From NCBI GenBank assembly GCA_963792585.1, contig CAWBWI010000006.1, positions 608,001-672,000 of the forward strand: a stretch of 64,000 bases of DNA. The letters run 5' to 3'. The notes beneath the pieces were generated by a model. That model was not told where the DNA came from, ran no database searches, and saw only the letters and a list, made by a program, of their open reading frames with translations. A program made the translations under genes and the position numbers. This DNA is from Candidatus Eiseniibacteriota bacterium (GTDB taxonomy: Bacteria > Eisenbacteria > RBG-16-71-46 > CAIMUX01 > VGJL01). This document shows, in pieces, positions 21,984 to 32,149 of this stretch (positions within the stretch are counted from its first letter, which is position 1; every line of letters begins with the position of its first letter).

Positions 21984-22114
21984 GCCTAACTGCCGCATTC
22001 ACCTGACGCGCTGGGCCGTCACGGCTCTGGCAGAGAAGCATAGAAGGCAAGACCATCACCCGGGGCTGCCAGGGCCGCGCCGGCCTCAGCCCGCAGGTGA
22101 TGCGAACGTTAGGA
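21984..22114 (+). repeat. attC type A
   Basis: GCCTAAC...GTTAGGA. Confidence 0.9.
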
Positions 22115-22567
22115 GGCACGACAGCTTGAGTAGCAATTTGCTCGAGGACGTTTGAAGGGCCGATCCTGTGGGCCTTCGCTCTTGCGGAAGGGTCGGATGC
22201 CATCCATCCAGCCGAATCGTTGACTACGCTGAATCCACTGCGGCCGGATGGTGCTCCTCCCCCTCCAATGAAAAACCTGCTCTTTGACCCCGACTCAGAC
22301 GCCTCCAAGCCCTTGTGGCCCAAGCGAATCCACTTCAAACGAAGCCCACTTTCAATTTGGTCGTGCCTGGACTCGGTGGTAGGCTTGATGCGCACAGCGG
22401 ATGCGGAAGATTGAAACGACGGGGAATCGCTGGTGCAGGAATCCGGGGGCCGCGCGATGAGCAAGGTGCCCATTATCTCTTCCTCGACCTCATCCTCTCC
22501 ATCCACGAGTGGATCCACACCTTCGTACTTGCCAATCAAGAAGGGCGTTCAAGGCGTTCCTCCTAAC
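22108..22567 (+). other. Gene-less cassette body, family D copy 2
   Basis: Near-identical to 19960-20419. Confidence 0.65.
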
Positions 22568-22691
22568 AGCCGCATTCACCTGACGCGCTGGGCCGTCACG
22601 GCCCTGGCAGAGAAGCATAGAAAGCAAGACCATCGCCCCGGGCTGCCAGGGCCGCGCCAGCCACAGCCCGCAGGTGATGCGAACGTTGGGC
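22561..22691 (+). repeat. attC type A
   Basis: TCCTAAC...GTTGGGC. Confidence 0.9.
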
Positions 22692-22764
22692 ATACTGGTT
22701 GCAGCTCTTCCTCACGACGTAAGAACTGGCAACCGTCATGGCCACATGCTGAAGGAGAGGAGCG

Positions 22765-23442
22765 ATGAGCGGTCTTCGGACCCTAGTAGCAACGACCTTC
22801 CCAGCGATTCTCTTGCTTCTGGTCGCAGCCAATCGCTCTATAGCTGATCCCCCACCCGGTGACACCTGTGCGTTCCCGATCTCCGTACCGGCCGGATACT
22901 ACTGGGCGTACTCCGGCGATCTCGCGCTGTTTGCAAACGACTATGATCCTGGTGTTCCAGGTCCAAGCTGCACCGGACTTCCCGCACCTGGGAAGGATGC
23001 TGTCTTCGCCATCGAGATGCACTGCGGCGAGTGGCTCAACGTCTTCCTGGAACCGACCAGATTCGACGGCGCTCTGTATATCGTCACGGACTGCGCCGAC
23101 CCTTCAGGCACTTGCGTATCAGGCTCGGACGAGGAGGGCTCGGGCGCGTCTGAGAACGCGGGGATGGAAGTATTCACAAGTCAGACCTACTACGTCATCG
23201 TCGACGCCCGCGATGCTGGCGCCAGCGGTATGTTTGACATCTCTTTCGACATCGGCTTCTGGGATATCCCGCCCGGCGCGTGCTGTTTTCCGGACGGGCA
23301 TTGCGAGATTATCCACGTTGATTTCTGCTCAGAGGCTGGGGGTATCACACAGGGGCCGTGTGTCCCATGCGATCCCAATCCATGTGATCCTACGCCGGTG
23401 CTAGAGCAGACCTGGGGAGCAATAAGGGCGCGGTACCGGTGA
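22765..23442 (+). CDS. Secreted Cys-rich protein (PPC-like beta domain, GACC tail) with TWG motif
   Basis: GDTC...TYYVIVD...GACCFPDGHC...CDPNPC; ends TWGAIRARYR. Confidence 0.7.
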   Translation: MSGLRTLVATTFPAILLLLVAANRSIADPPPGDTCAFPISVPAGYYWAYSGDLALFANDYDPGVPGPSCTGLPAPGKDAVFAIEMHCGEWLNVFLEPTRFDGALYIVTDCADPSGTCVSGSDEEGSGASENAGMEVFTSQTYYVIVDARDAGASGMFDISFDIGFWDIPPGACCFPDGHCEIIHVDFCSEAGGITQGPCVPCDPNPCDPTPVLEQTWGAIRARYR

Positions 23443-23458
23443 GCGGAGAAGCCAGAAT

Positions 23459-23589
23459 GCCCAACAGCCGCATTCACCTGGCGCGCTGGGCCGTCACGGC
23501 CCTGGCAGAGGAGCATAGAAGGCAAGACTATCGCCCCGGGCTGCCAGGGCCGCGCCGGCCTCAGCCCGCAGGTGATGCGAACGTTAGGC
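23459..23589 (+). repeat. attC type A
   Basis: GCCCAAC...GTTAGGC. Confidence 0.9.
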
Positions 23590-23692
23590 CCACTCTGGAA
23601 GCCGATGTGACTGCCTTGCGGAGCATCCAGATAGCCGGGCCTGGGTCGACTAACTCAGGGGACGCATTCCCAGGAGTCCTTGATCTCCCGGG

Positions 23693-24715
23693 ATGAACGG
23701 AGGCACGCCCATGGGCCGGAGGACTCTGCTGACTCTGGTAGCACTCTCACTGGGGTATGCGATGCCCCCCGATGTCTCGCATTCGCAGCTTCTGGAAAGC
23801 GCTCTCTCGACAACAGCAAGGCCGTTTCAGGGGGAACTCGATTGCGCGAGCGCTCCGCACTTCTGCGAGGGATCCACGGACTTTCTGGAACTTGGAACCT
23901 ACGAGTTCGACGTCCAGCTGGGCGATATGAGTATTCAAGAGGCCCGCTTCAGCCTTAACTGGCCGGGGGACTGGCGCTTGGTCGAGTGGTCGAACTGCTC
24001 CTCGGCACGGGTCGACGGAGACTTGACCACCCCAGGGGGTGGGATCCACATGACTTTCGCTGATTGCGCACCACGAGGCGATACCGTCCTTCGGATCGTA
24101 CTCGAGTGCACCAGCCCAGGTCGATTCGCTTTGGGGGATCACCCAAGCGAAGGTCCAGCGGCCGCTCTCATCTGCCAAGGACCCGATTCGGGTTGGTACA
24201 CGGAGCCGAACTGGTGGCCTCACGTGGAGGTTGGCGACTACTGTGGAAGGGCCCCCGAGATCCCATGTGACGTTTGCGACCCGGGCGGTCTTGTCGGCTA
24301 CTTCGAACCCAACCAGACGAGCTTCGACCTTGAGATTGGTCAATCCACAGTCGACACATTGGACGTCCACGCCACAGCTGAGTGTTTCACTCTGCCTGAG
24401 TGCGGAGGGGGCAGTGTCCCTTGTGGATACTATAGCGGGCTCGATACCGACGTTGCCTGGATCCTCCTCCAACCCGTAGGAGGTGATCAGCGAAGGATGC
24501 AGCGCACAGTAACCGCGGCGGGCCTGGAGCCCGGAATCTACATGGCTCGCATCTGGATCGTGTCGGTCGGATGCTGCGGGTCATCGAATTGCGAAGAGGT
24601 CTCGCTCACCGTCCGACAGCCCCCCCGTGTCGAGGGCACCACCTGGGGGCTATTACGATGGAAGTTCAGGGTCCCCCCCTCCGTGGCGCAACCCGACTCA
24701 TCCACCGCCCGATGA
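23693..24715 (+). CDS. Secreted Cys-rich protein, TWG motif followed by a short extension
   Basis: Signal peptide; TTWGLLRWKFR near the C-terminus. Confidence 0.65.
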   Translation: MNGGTPMGRRTLLTLVALSLGYAMPPDVSHSQLLESALSTTARPFQGELDCASAPHFCEGSTDFLELGTYEFDVQLGDMSIQEARFSLNWPGDWRLVEWSNCSSARVDGDLTTPGGGIHMTFADCAPRGDTVLRIVLECTSPGRFALGDHPSEGPAAALICQGPDSGWYTEPNWWPHVEVGDYCGRAPEIPCDVCDPGGLVGYFEPNQTSFDLEIGQSTVDTLDVHATAECFTLPECGGGSVPCGYYSGLDTDVAWILLQPVGGDQRRMQRTVTAAGLEPGIYMARIWIVSVGCCGSSNCEEVSLTVRQPPRVEGTTWGLLRWKFRVPPSVAQPDSSTAR

Positions 24716-24779
24716 GTTTCGTATCGAATGACCAGCTGACAGGCCCCCGAGGCCCAAGATGAACAAGAGGAGATGAGGT

Positions 24780-24910
24780 GCCTAACTACCGCATTCACCT
24801 GACGCGCTGGGCCGTCACGGCCCTGGCGAGGAAGCCAATGAAGATGAATCACCGCCTGCTGCCGCCAGGTCCGCGCCGGACCTCGCCCGCAGGTGACGCG
24901 AACGTTCTGC
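24780..24910 (+). repeat. attC, A/B chimera
   Basis: Type A left arm; type B loop and right arm. Confidence 0.88.
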
Positions 24911-24932
24911 GGATTGTGGGTCGCCGTGCCTC

Positions 24933-25346
24933 TTACAGCGTGGGAGGACTACGCCTGAGGAGAAGCCAGAGGCCTCTCGGGTCCACGATCCGAACGGGTG
25001 ACTTGGATGCCACCGCGAGCAGGTCGGCATCGCCCGTCACGAGCACATCTACCTGTGCCGCATTTGCACTGGCGAGTACCCATCGATCGTCGGGATCCCT
25101 AACCACGATCTCGGATTGGACCTTCGGTCGAGGCACGACTTCATGCTCCCTCAGGTACTCCTCGATGCTGTCGACCATGGCGGCGGGTAGCTTGAGTTTC
25201 GAGCGAAGCACCTTCCGAAGCTCTCGTAGCACGACCTCACCGAGAACCAATTCGTGCTCGGCAAGGACATGCCGAAGCACGTCGGCACACAGCCCTCGTG
25301 TGGCAAATGCGCTGACGAGAACGTTCGTGTCGAGGAAGATCCTCAC
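24933..25346 (-). CDS. PIN-domain toxin
   Basis: MRIFLDTNVLVSA...RDPDDRWVLASA...VTGDADLL. Confidence 0.9.
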   Translation of the reverse strand: MRIFLDTNVLVSAFATRGLCADVLRHVLAEHELVLGEVVLRELRKVLRSKLKLPAAMVDSIEEYLREHEVVPRPKVQSEIVVRDPDDRWVLASANAAQVDVLVTGDADLLAVASKSPVRIVDPRGLWLLLRRSPPTL

Positions 25347-25561
25347 GAGACCTCTCGGGTTATGTCCTCGTCTGTCAGATACCCCCGTGCCTCTGCAAAC
25401 GGGAGTACTTGCCTCCGGAGTTGCTCGAATCGAAGCAACTTCAGCTGGCGTTGAAGCGCTTCCCGAACGATCTCACTCCGCGTCCGGCCCGTCTGTTCTG
25501 CAAGCCGGTCAAGGAGTTGGCTTAGGCTGGGATCCAGCCGGATGGTGATGGAGTCGCTCAT
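25343..25561 (-). CDS. CopG/RHH antitoxin
   Basis: ITIRLD...LDRLAEQTGRTRSEIVREAL. Confidence 0.85.
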   Translation of the reverse strand: MSDSITIRLDPSLSQLLDRLAEQTGRTRSEIVREALQRQLKLLRFEQLRRQVLPFAEARGYLTDEDITREVS

Positions 25562-25568
25562 GTATGAC

Positions 25569-25597
25569 AGTGTAAGACACCACCCGAGACCTGTCAA
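25569..25597 (-). promoter_or_regulatory. TA cassette promoter
   Basis: TTGACA-17-TACACT on the minus strand, 7 nt before the ATG. Confidence 0.75.
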
Positions 25598-25603
25598 TAG
25601 CCC

Positions 25604-25734
25604 GCAGAACTGCCGCATTCACCTGACGCGCTGGGCCGTCACGGCCCTGGCAGGAAACCATAGAAGGCAAGATCATCGCCCCGGGCCGCCAGGGCCGCGC
25701 CGGCCTCAGCCCGCAGGTGATGCGAACGTAATCT
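25604..25734 (+). repeat. attC type A with mutated core (GTA instead of GTT)
   Basis: GCAGAAC...GTAATCT. Confidence 0.85.
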
Positions 25735-25759
25735 CTTCCCTAGAAGGTCCTCCTTGGAG

Positions 25760-26290
25760 ATGAGTCGATTTCCCCAGAATCTTGGTTCACCCAATGGGCT
25801 CGCCCTTCTGTTGGTGGCTGTCCTTATGCTTGCCTGTGGTGGTGATCACCACGAGAGCGTCTTCAGCCCGGTGCGCGAGCTTCACGGCCAATGCTTCGGG
25901 GGTACTGACTGCTCAATGTCGTCGGTTCGCGCTTGCCTTGATCTCGACACCGGCAATCTGCCAAGCATGAATCAGGGCAGGTCAGCGATCCTTCTCCGAG
26001 GTCGGGCTCCTCATCGAACTGACTGGCGCGACTTCATCCCGCTAGATTTTGATGGGATGCTTCCAGCTGAAGTAGACCCTGGCGCGAAGTTCCAATCCGG
26101 CTGGAAGGTGAGCGTTCGTGGCGCCAGGATCGAGTACTGCCAGACGTGTTATACCAACTCGGGGCTAGCTGAACTCATCAGCCTCCGCGCCCCTCTTGAC
26201 TCACTTCGCTTCATTTACGATCCGGCCGATACAGTACGTCTATTCGTCGAAGTGTTCCAAACGGCTCCGCTGACTGAATTGGAGAGATAA
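25760..26290 (+). CDS. Hypothetical lipoprotein
   Basis: LMLAC lipobox. Confidence 0.6.
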   Translation: MSRFPQNLGSPNGLALLLVAVLMLACGGDHHESVFSPVRELHGQCFGGTDCSMSSVRACLDLDTGNLPSMNQGRSAILLRGRAPHRTDWRDFIPLDFDGMLPAEVDPGAKFQSGWKVSVRGARIEYCQTCYTNSGLAELISLRAPLDSLRFIYDPADTVRLFVEVFQTAPLTELER

Positions 26291-26415
26291 CAGCCGCGTT
26301 CACCTGCCGGGCGGGTCCGTCACGGCCCTGGCGAGGAGGCCAATGAAGATGAATCACCACCCGATGCCGCCAGGTCCGCGCCGGACCTCGCCCGCAGGTG
26401 ACGCGAACGTTAGCT
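26285..26415 (+). repeat. attC type B
   Basis: AGATAAC...GTTAGCT; internal GAGGAGG-CCA-ATG. Confidence 0.9.
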
Positions 26416-27668
26416 TTTCATCGTCAAGCCCTGCAGCCTTACAAACGACCCCGCGACTATCGCCTATGCTTCTCTCGTCCGCACTGGTCATCGGGTTCTT
26501 CGCCGCCTTGTCGTATCTCCTCCAGGCGCGGGTCCCCTTCATCTCCAGCCGCCTCGATGTTTGGCTCGGAACCGATATCGGACGATTCACCTCAATCTGG
26601 ATGCTGGGCGGCCACGCTCGATTCCATCTACATCCACTTCCGTTCGCAATCTACTACCTCTTCGGCGCCATCGTCCGCCTCTTCGGCCTATCCCCGCTCG
26701 ATCTGCCACTACCCATCTTGGCCCTTCCCGTAATTGCAATCGTTACGGCGTGTTTGCAGGTCGGAAGTACCCAGATCGGATCGGCGTACTTGCCACATCG
26801 CCCAATCATGGCTCGAACCCTCGTCGTCGTCGCCTTACTCATTGGTCCTGCCCTTGCATTCCTGCCGGTTCCGGAGAGTCATATGATGGGTGGCGCGTTT
26901 CTGTTTTTCGAAGGGGCCCTTGTCCTGCGGGTCTTGCGATCCGGTATCGATCCGCTCGACAATGGCCGTTCTCGCCACTACATGAGGGCAGCCACTGTTG
27001 TCGCCCTACTAAGTGCCACCTGCACCATCACGAACATCGTGCCCGCGCTTCTGCTCTTGATGCCGGCCGTCGCGGCCGCCGGTCACGTCCGCATCCGAGG
27101 CGGGCGATTCGGTATCGCATTCCTGGGCGTCGCCATTCTCGCGATCTTGCTGTTGATCCGAACTCCTGTCTTGGTGCTTCTGAAACACGAAAGCGGCGCA
27201 ATGACGGTCATCAGCGTGGCGTCCATAGCACGGAGCTTTCTGGGGCTCACCATCCAACAGTTTGGCATTCCGGACTTGCGGACTTACACTGCCGACCATC
27301 TCCGACCCGACCTTGTTCGGATCCTTCCCGTCCGAAGTGCATCCGTCATTTCGGTGCTGGGTTTCTTAGCCTGGATTGCAGCACTCTGCCAGTGGTGGCA
27401 CGTCCGCACTCGTGGCACCGCCGACCGGGCGTTCCTGGTCTGGGCCGGGCTCGCGCTTGGTTCGTTGCTTCTCCTCCACTCCGTCTACGCAAGCCGCGAA
27501 GCTTACCTGTTCTCGGCGCATGCGTGGCCGATCTTCGTTCTTTCGACCCAGATGTTCCTTCTCGACGGGCTCGGGCAAGCTCGGCCGATTCGAATGCTCT
27601 TGCCATGCCTCGTAGTGGTCATGTCCGTCGTTCAGTCCCTTCTCGTCATGACCAGGGTGTTTGCTTAG
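26343..27668 (+). CDS. Polytopic membrane protein; ORF begins at the ATG inside the attC
   Basis: Many TM segments; alternative ATG at 26466. Confidence 0.65.
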   Translation: MKMNHHPMPPGPRRTSPAGDANVSFSSSSPAALQTTPRLSPMLLSSALVIGFFAALSYLLQARVPFISSRLDVWLGTDIGRFTSIWMLGGHARFHLHPLPFAIYYLFGAIVRLFGLSPLDLPLPILALPVIAIVTACLQVGSTQIGSAYLPHRPIMARTLVVVALLIGPALAFLPVPESHMMGGAFLFFEGALVLRVLRSGIDPLDNGRSRHYMRAATVVALLSATCTITNIVPALLLLMPAVAAAGHVRIRGGRFGIAFLGVAILAILLLIRTPVLVLLKHESGAMTVISVASIARSFLGLTIQQFGIPDLRTYTADHLRPDLVRILPVRSASVISVLGFLAWIAALCQWWHVRTRGTADRAFLVWAGLALGSLLLLHSVYASREAYLFSAHAWPIFVLSTQMFLLDGLGQARPIRMLLPCLVVVMSVVQSLLVMTRVFA

Positions 27669-27712
27669 ATTGAGGAGTGGGCCAATGACAGCAGGGAGCA
27701 TCAGAGGATGAA

Positions 27713-27843
27713 AGCTAACAGCCGCGTTCACCTGTCGGGCGGCTCCGTCACGGCCCTGGCGAGGAAGCGAATGAAGATGAATCACCACTTGGTGCCGCCA
27801 GGTCCGCGCCGGACCTCGCCCACAGGTGATGCGAACGTTAGGC
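27713..27843 (+). repeat. attC type B
   Basis: AGCTAAC...GTTAGGC. Confidence 0.9.
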
Positions 27844-28427
27844 TTCGTGTTGGCGTTCGAGCCTCCGTTGTCATGCTCTTTCTAGTCGTCTCGGCAATTG
27901 GGTGGTCGTTCGCTGATGCTCAGGATCCTCGCGATGCATTCGACGGCTGCGGCGAGCTCGTCGAATGGAACGGCTGCAGGTACTTCTACTCATACGACCA
28001 ATTTCCGAATCTCCTTCTTGATAATTTCGGTGGCTATGTCGCTGGAGATACAGTTCATGTCGTCGGCACGGCGAGCATCGCTTTCGAGTCCTGCGCGGGA
28101 ATCCCCTTCTACTGGCGCCTCGCCCCCAGTTCCATCACTCGGTGTCTCCCGTCCGACCTCGGCTGCGGAGTCATCGTTGGCAGCTTGGACGGAGGGTGCA
28201 CCTACTGGTCATCTACAGAACATGGGAAACTCGACTTGCTTGACCGCCACGGGTTCGCGCCCGGTGACACTGTTCACGTGAGCGGGATTGTATGCTGGTG
28301 TGGGGGCCAGACATGTCATCCATTTGGGGATGGGCAGATATTCAGTGAGAGGCTGAGAGCGTGTAGTGACTCACTTAACGCAGTCGTATCCCTGACGTGG
28401 GGAAGGGTGCGAATGTTGTTCCGTTAG
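27837..28427 (+). CDS. Diverged paralog of the 18631 Cys-rich TWG cassette
   Basis: ORF 27708-28427 is continuous through attC. Confidence 0.7.
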   Translation, partial: VRLRVGVRASVVMLFLVVSAIGWSFADAQDPRDAFDGCGELVEWNGCRYFYSYDQFPNLLLDNFGGYVAGDTVHVVGTASIAFESCAGIPFYWRLAPSSITRCLPSDLGCGVIVGSLDGGCTYWSSTEHGKLDLLDRHGFAPGDTVHVSGIVCWCGGQTCHPFGDGQIFSERLRACSDSLNAVVSLTWGRVRMLFR

Positions 28428-28436
28428 GAGGACGAT

Positions 28437-28567
28437 GCCTAACAACCGCATTCACCTGACGCGCTGGGCCGTCACGGCCCTGGCAGAGAAGCATAGAAGG
28501 CTCGACCATCATCCCGGGTTGCCAGGGCCGCGCCGGCCTCAGCTCGCAGGTGATGCGAACGTTAGAC
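28437..28567 (+). repeat. attC type A
   Basis: GCCTAAC...GTTAGAC. Confidence 0.9.
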
Positions 28568-28587
28568 GTCTCTTGAGGGAGGAGCAC

Positions 28588-29097
28588 ATGTCTCGCGGTC
28601 GTCCCAGCAGGTTCGCCCAGTGCGTCACGCTCTTGATCTTGGTCATCATCCCATCGCTTGCCCTCTCGGCTAGCTGGCATGCGTTCATGGTCGGAGACAA
28701 GGTTGTTCCGCCGGTTGACACTTCGTCTGCTGGCGAAGCCGGCGCCACGTTCGCCCCCGACGACACGTGTGGTGACAGTCTCTATGTCTTCGCATCTTTC
28801 TTTCTTCAGGAAGGGGTCCCGGTGGCATGGGAGTTCCACCTTGGTAGTCCCGAGGAGAATACGCCCAGCATGGCACGAACGACCAGCTTCGTGCGGGACG
28901 AGTATGGCGTTTACCAATGTTCCATGCGGGTACCTTTCGATGGGTCATCGACTAAGTGTGACAGTCTCGATCAGGGACTCACGTATGGCATCCTCACGAC
29001 GTCGAGCCATCCTGATGGCGAGATCAGGGGTTACTTTGAGCGCGTGAGCCCTGTGTCTCAAGTGACCTGGGGCAGCATCCGACGGAACTTCCGATGA
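28588..29097 (+). CDS. Secreted CHRD-like protein with TWG motif
   Basis: VVPPVDTSSAGEA...HPDGEIRG; ends TWGSIRRNFR. Confidence 0.7.
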   Translation: MSRGRPSRFAQCVTLLILVIIPSLALSASWHAFMVGDKVVPPVDTSSAGEAGATFAPDDTCGDSLYVFASFFLQEGVPVAWEFHLGSPEENTPSMARTTSFVRDEYGVYQCSMRVPFDGSSTKCDSLDQGLTYGILTTSSHPDGEIRGYFERVSPVSQVTWGSIRRNFR

Positions 29098-29107
29098 CTG
29101 CCCTCAC

Positions 29108-29238
29108 GTCTAACAGCCGCGTTCACCTGCCGGGCGGCTCCGTCACGGCCCTGGCGAGGAAGCCAATGAAGATGAATCACCGCGCCGTGCCGCCAGGTCC
29201 GCGCCGGACCTCGCCCGCAGGTGACGCGAACGTTAGAA
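29108..29238 (+). repeat. attC type B
   Basis: GTCTAAC...GTTAGAA. Confidence 0.9.
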
Positions 29239-29705
29239 GGTCTTTCACCAACGCCGAAGAATTCGCGATGTTCTCAGACGCTCCTGCCTGTCGTCAGCAT
29301 GTCGGCCGGTGTCGAGCCTCCTCGCGCTGCAATCACACCGCCGATGACTTCGGCTGCCGCATCCCAGTGCCCTTTCCAACTAGCCAGGGCATTTCAAAAG
29401 CCGGCGGCGGCATGCCTGAGCTCTCTGAAGCGCCCTCAGCATCCATCACGCCACGTCCAATCGAGCTTCAGATGCATAGAGCTGCCGATCATGCAGACGG
29501 ATCCAATAGTGGAATTGCCGCCACCGGTCGCCATCACACGAAACTGGGTGGCCATCATTCACCGGGTGAGGAAGCCGTTCTAACAGCCGCGTTCACCTGC
29601 CGCGCTTGCCCTGACACGGCTCTGGCGGTGTCGCCAAGAACCCAACAATCAGCCACCCGTGATCGCCAGAGCCGCGCCAGGTCTGCGCCCGCAGGTGACG
29701 CGAAC
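29232..29705 (+). other. Family C cassette copy 3 (474 nt)
   Basis: ORF 29094-29726 passes through two attC sites. Confidence 0.7.
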
Positions 29706-29712
29706 GTTAGAT
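29578..29712 (+). repeat. attC type C
   Basis: TTCTAAC...GTTAGAT. Confidence 0.9.
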
Positions 29713-29727
29713 GCTGGACGGCCTAGC

Positions 29728-30540
29728 ATGAATCATCAAGTCCCAACGTCAGGGTACCTTGGGAAGGAAGGTAGTGACTGGTCCGCCCGAATGCAGCAGC
29801 AGCATTCGCAGCTGTTCGATGTTTGCACGGCCATGAATACTGCAGCTCACTCCGTCGTCCGTGAGTTGCAGCCGCGCCCTTTCGCGCCTCAGGAATCCAT
29901 CGCAGTCGGTCTGTACCTGCGATGCCTCGACCACTTTCAGAGCGTCGTACTGTTGCGCCGTCAAGGCATGCGAGCACCGGCAAAGGCAGCTCTGCGATGC
30001 TTACTAGAGTGCTTGTTCACAATGCGCGCGATTGTTCGTGACAAGAGTACCTTCACGCATTACGTGCGCAGCGATGACCTTCGCAGGCGCAAGCTCCTCG
30101 ACAAATGTCGTCGTACCGTTTCCACGATCTTCTCCGGTCTTCGCGGACCCGAGGCCGCGACACTACGCGATGAACTCCAAGAGGCCATTCGCACGGAAAA
30201 CATCAGGGAACTCACGGTCGCCCAGCTTGCGGAGAAGGCTGATCTACTGGACATGTACCTTGTCGTGTACAGCGTCCTCTGCAGTTCGGTTCATTCCACT
30301 TCCCGGGATCTTGTGGAGACAATCGCTTTCGACCAGACGAACGGGGTCATCGTCCTCAATACGGGTCCGTCTATGCAGGACGCGTACCTCGACCTCTGCA
30401 CTGCATGCCAGTCGATGGCCCTCGCTCTCGGGGAACTAGGGACGCTCCTAGCTCTGGACGTATCTGACACGGTCAAGTCTCACATGACGGCCGCGAGCGA
30501 TATGCTTGCCCGACACTCCGGAGCAGCCAATGGCATCTAA
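29728..30540 (+). CDS. Hypothetical helical protein (DUF5677-like)
   Basis: LRCLLE...LAEKADL...YSVLCSSVH pattern. Confidence 0.55.
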   Translation: MNHQVPTSGYLGKEGSDWSARMQQQHSQLFDVCTAMNTAAHSVVRELQPRPFAPQESIAVGLYLRCLDHFQSVVLLRRQGMRAPAKAALRCLLECLFTMRAIVRDKSTFTHYVRSDDLRRRKLLDKCRRTVSTIFSGLRGPEAATLRDELQEAIRTENIRELTVAQLAEKADLLDMYLVVYSVLCSSVHSTSRDLVETIAFDQTNGVIVLNTGPSMQDAYLDLCTACQSMALALGELGTLLALDVSDTVKSHMTAASDMLARHSGAANGI

Positions 30541-30665
30541 CAGCCGCGTTCACCTGCCGGGCGGCTCCGTCACGGCCCTGGCGAGGAAGCCAATGAAGAT
30601 GAATCACCACCTGGTGTCGCCAGGTCCGCGCCGGACCTCGCCCACAGGTGACGCGAACGTTATGC
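30535..30665 (+). repeat. attC type B
   Basis: ATCTAAC...GTTATGC. Confidence 0.9.
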
Positions 30666-30681
30666 CCAGGAGGATGCCCCG

Positions 30682-31071
30682 ATGTCGGTGATCCGCCGCC
30701 TTCCCCTAACGATCCTCATCGCGCTCGTCGGGCTCGTTCCTGCTTGTATCACTGACGATCAACCGCCTCCGGTGGGTGACATTTTCCGAAGCGTCCGGGG
30801 CACCGTGACCGATGTCAGCACGAGTCTCCCTCTATCCGGCGTCACCTGCTTCTGGTCTGACTCATTGCCCTACTACGAGACTTCCGTAACTGACTCCACG
30901 GGGGCTTACAGTGTTCGCGGCTCTGGATCACCTGTTGGCCTTCCAGCAATAGGCCATCTGACTTTCGCGAAGATTGGCTATGACACCTTGACTACTCCTG
31001 CGGCGGCGCTCTTCCCAGACTTGGACACCCAACGATGCACCTACGATGTCAGGATGGTTCGACACCCATGA
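30682..31071 (+). CDS. Lipoprotein, carboxypeptidase-regulatory-like domain
   Basis: LVPAC; VRGTVTD...PLSGV...TDSTGAY...AKIGY. Confidence 0.65.
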   Translation: MSVIRRLPLTILIALVGLVPACITDDQPPPVGDIFRSVRGTVTDVSTSLPLSGVTCFWSDSLPYYETSVTDSTGAYSVRGSGSPVGLPAIGHLTFAKIGYDTLTTPAAALFPDLDTQRCTYDVRMVRHP

Positions 31072-31135
31072 GCCAGATCGAGGAAATAGTTGCGTGCTTC
31101 CGCGGTGACCTCATCGATGGGATTGTCTGGTCCGG

Positions 31136-31266
31136 GCATAACAGCCGCATTCACCTGACGCGCTGGGCCGTCACGGCCCTGGCAGAAGAGCATAGAAGGC
31201 AAGACCATCACCAGAGGCTGCCAGGGCCGCGCCGGCCTCAGCCCGCAGGTGATGCGAACGTTATGT
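31136..31266 (+). repeat. attC type A
   Basis: GCATAAC...GTTATGT. Confidence 0.9.
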
Positions 31267-31282
31267 TGTTGTGGAGCACTTC

Positions 31283-31978
31283 ATGAGAACCACTTGCGTG
31301 CGAACCTTCATCACGCTCATCGTCTTGGCTCTCTCCATTGTGCCCTTGGACAGCGCCGATGCTTCGGCACGCAGGCTGCGCCCGTCTGCAACCTTGGGTC
31401 TGGTCAGCAGCGGCTTTGCCCCGAACGACGGGGCATTCCACGACTTTCAGCGATCCACGCACTTCACTGCCGGACTGATTCTCGCCCGACATCAGTCACC
31501 CAACTCAGCAATTGAAATGGGTCTCATTCTTGAGCGGCGGGGAACCTCCTGGCGCTCGACCTTTGCCCCCGATGGCGAGTATCGCGAAGCTAAAGGGTTC
31601 ACTCGAAACCTCGATCTCGCGTATCTGGCAGTCCCTCTGCGAATCAGGGCGGGTCTAGCTTCGGGCCGTATTCTACCGTCGCTCCACGCTGGCATGGAGT
31701 TCGGTTGCCTCATGTGGGCTCGCCAGACCACCACCGATCTCCAAAGCGGCATCCGATACGCCGCAGACAACGCCGTTCGCGATGAACTTAGGTCGTGGGA
31801 GGTTGCTGGCTCCATCGGGGGTAGGCTTGCCACCCGGTGGTCGACCCGACTGATCTTCATTGATCTAACGTATGTCCACGGACTCACCTCAGTGGACGAC
31901 GGGGCATTCAAGATCGAAGGTGACATTCCGAGCATTGCGAATCGCGGCATCAGAATGTCCTTGGGCAGCTCGATATGA
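31283..31978 (+). CDS. Outer-membrane beta-barrel protein
   Basis: LAYLAVPL, DLTYVHGLTSV; same family as 20566. Confidence 0.7.
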   Translation: MRTTCVRTFITLIVLALSIVPLDSADASARRLRPSATLGLVSSGFAPNDGAFHDFQRSTHFTAGLILARHQSPNSAIEMGLILERRGTSWRSTFAPDGEYREAKGFTRNLDLAYLAVPLRIRAGLASGRILPSLHAGMEFGCLMWARQTTTDLQSGIRYAADNAVRDELRSWEVAGSIGGRLATRWSTRLIFIDLTYVHGLTSVDDGAFKIEGDIPSIANRGIRMSLGSSI

Positions 31979-31991
31979 CTTTTGTGCTGCA

Positions 31992-32122
31992 ACATAACAG
32001 CCGCATTCACCTGACGCGCTGGGCCGTCACGGCCCTGGCAGAGAAACCTAGAAGTTCGAACCATCACCTCGGGCTGCCAGGGCCGCGCCGGCCTCAGCTC
32101 GCAGGTGATGCGAACGTTAGGC
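31992..32122 (+). repeat. attC type A
   Basis: ACATAAC...GTTAGGC. Confidence 0.9.
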
Positions 32123-32149
32123 GCAGTTGTCTCCTGTGAGGTAATAGCT

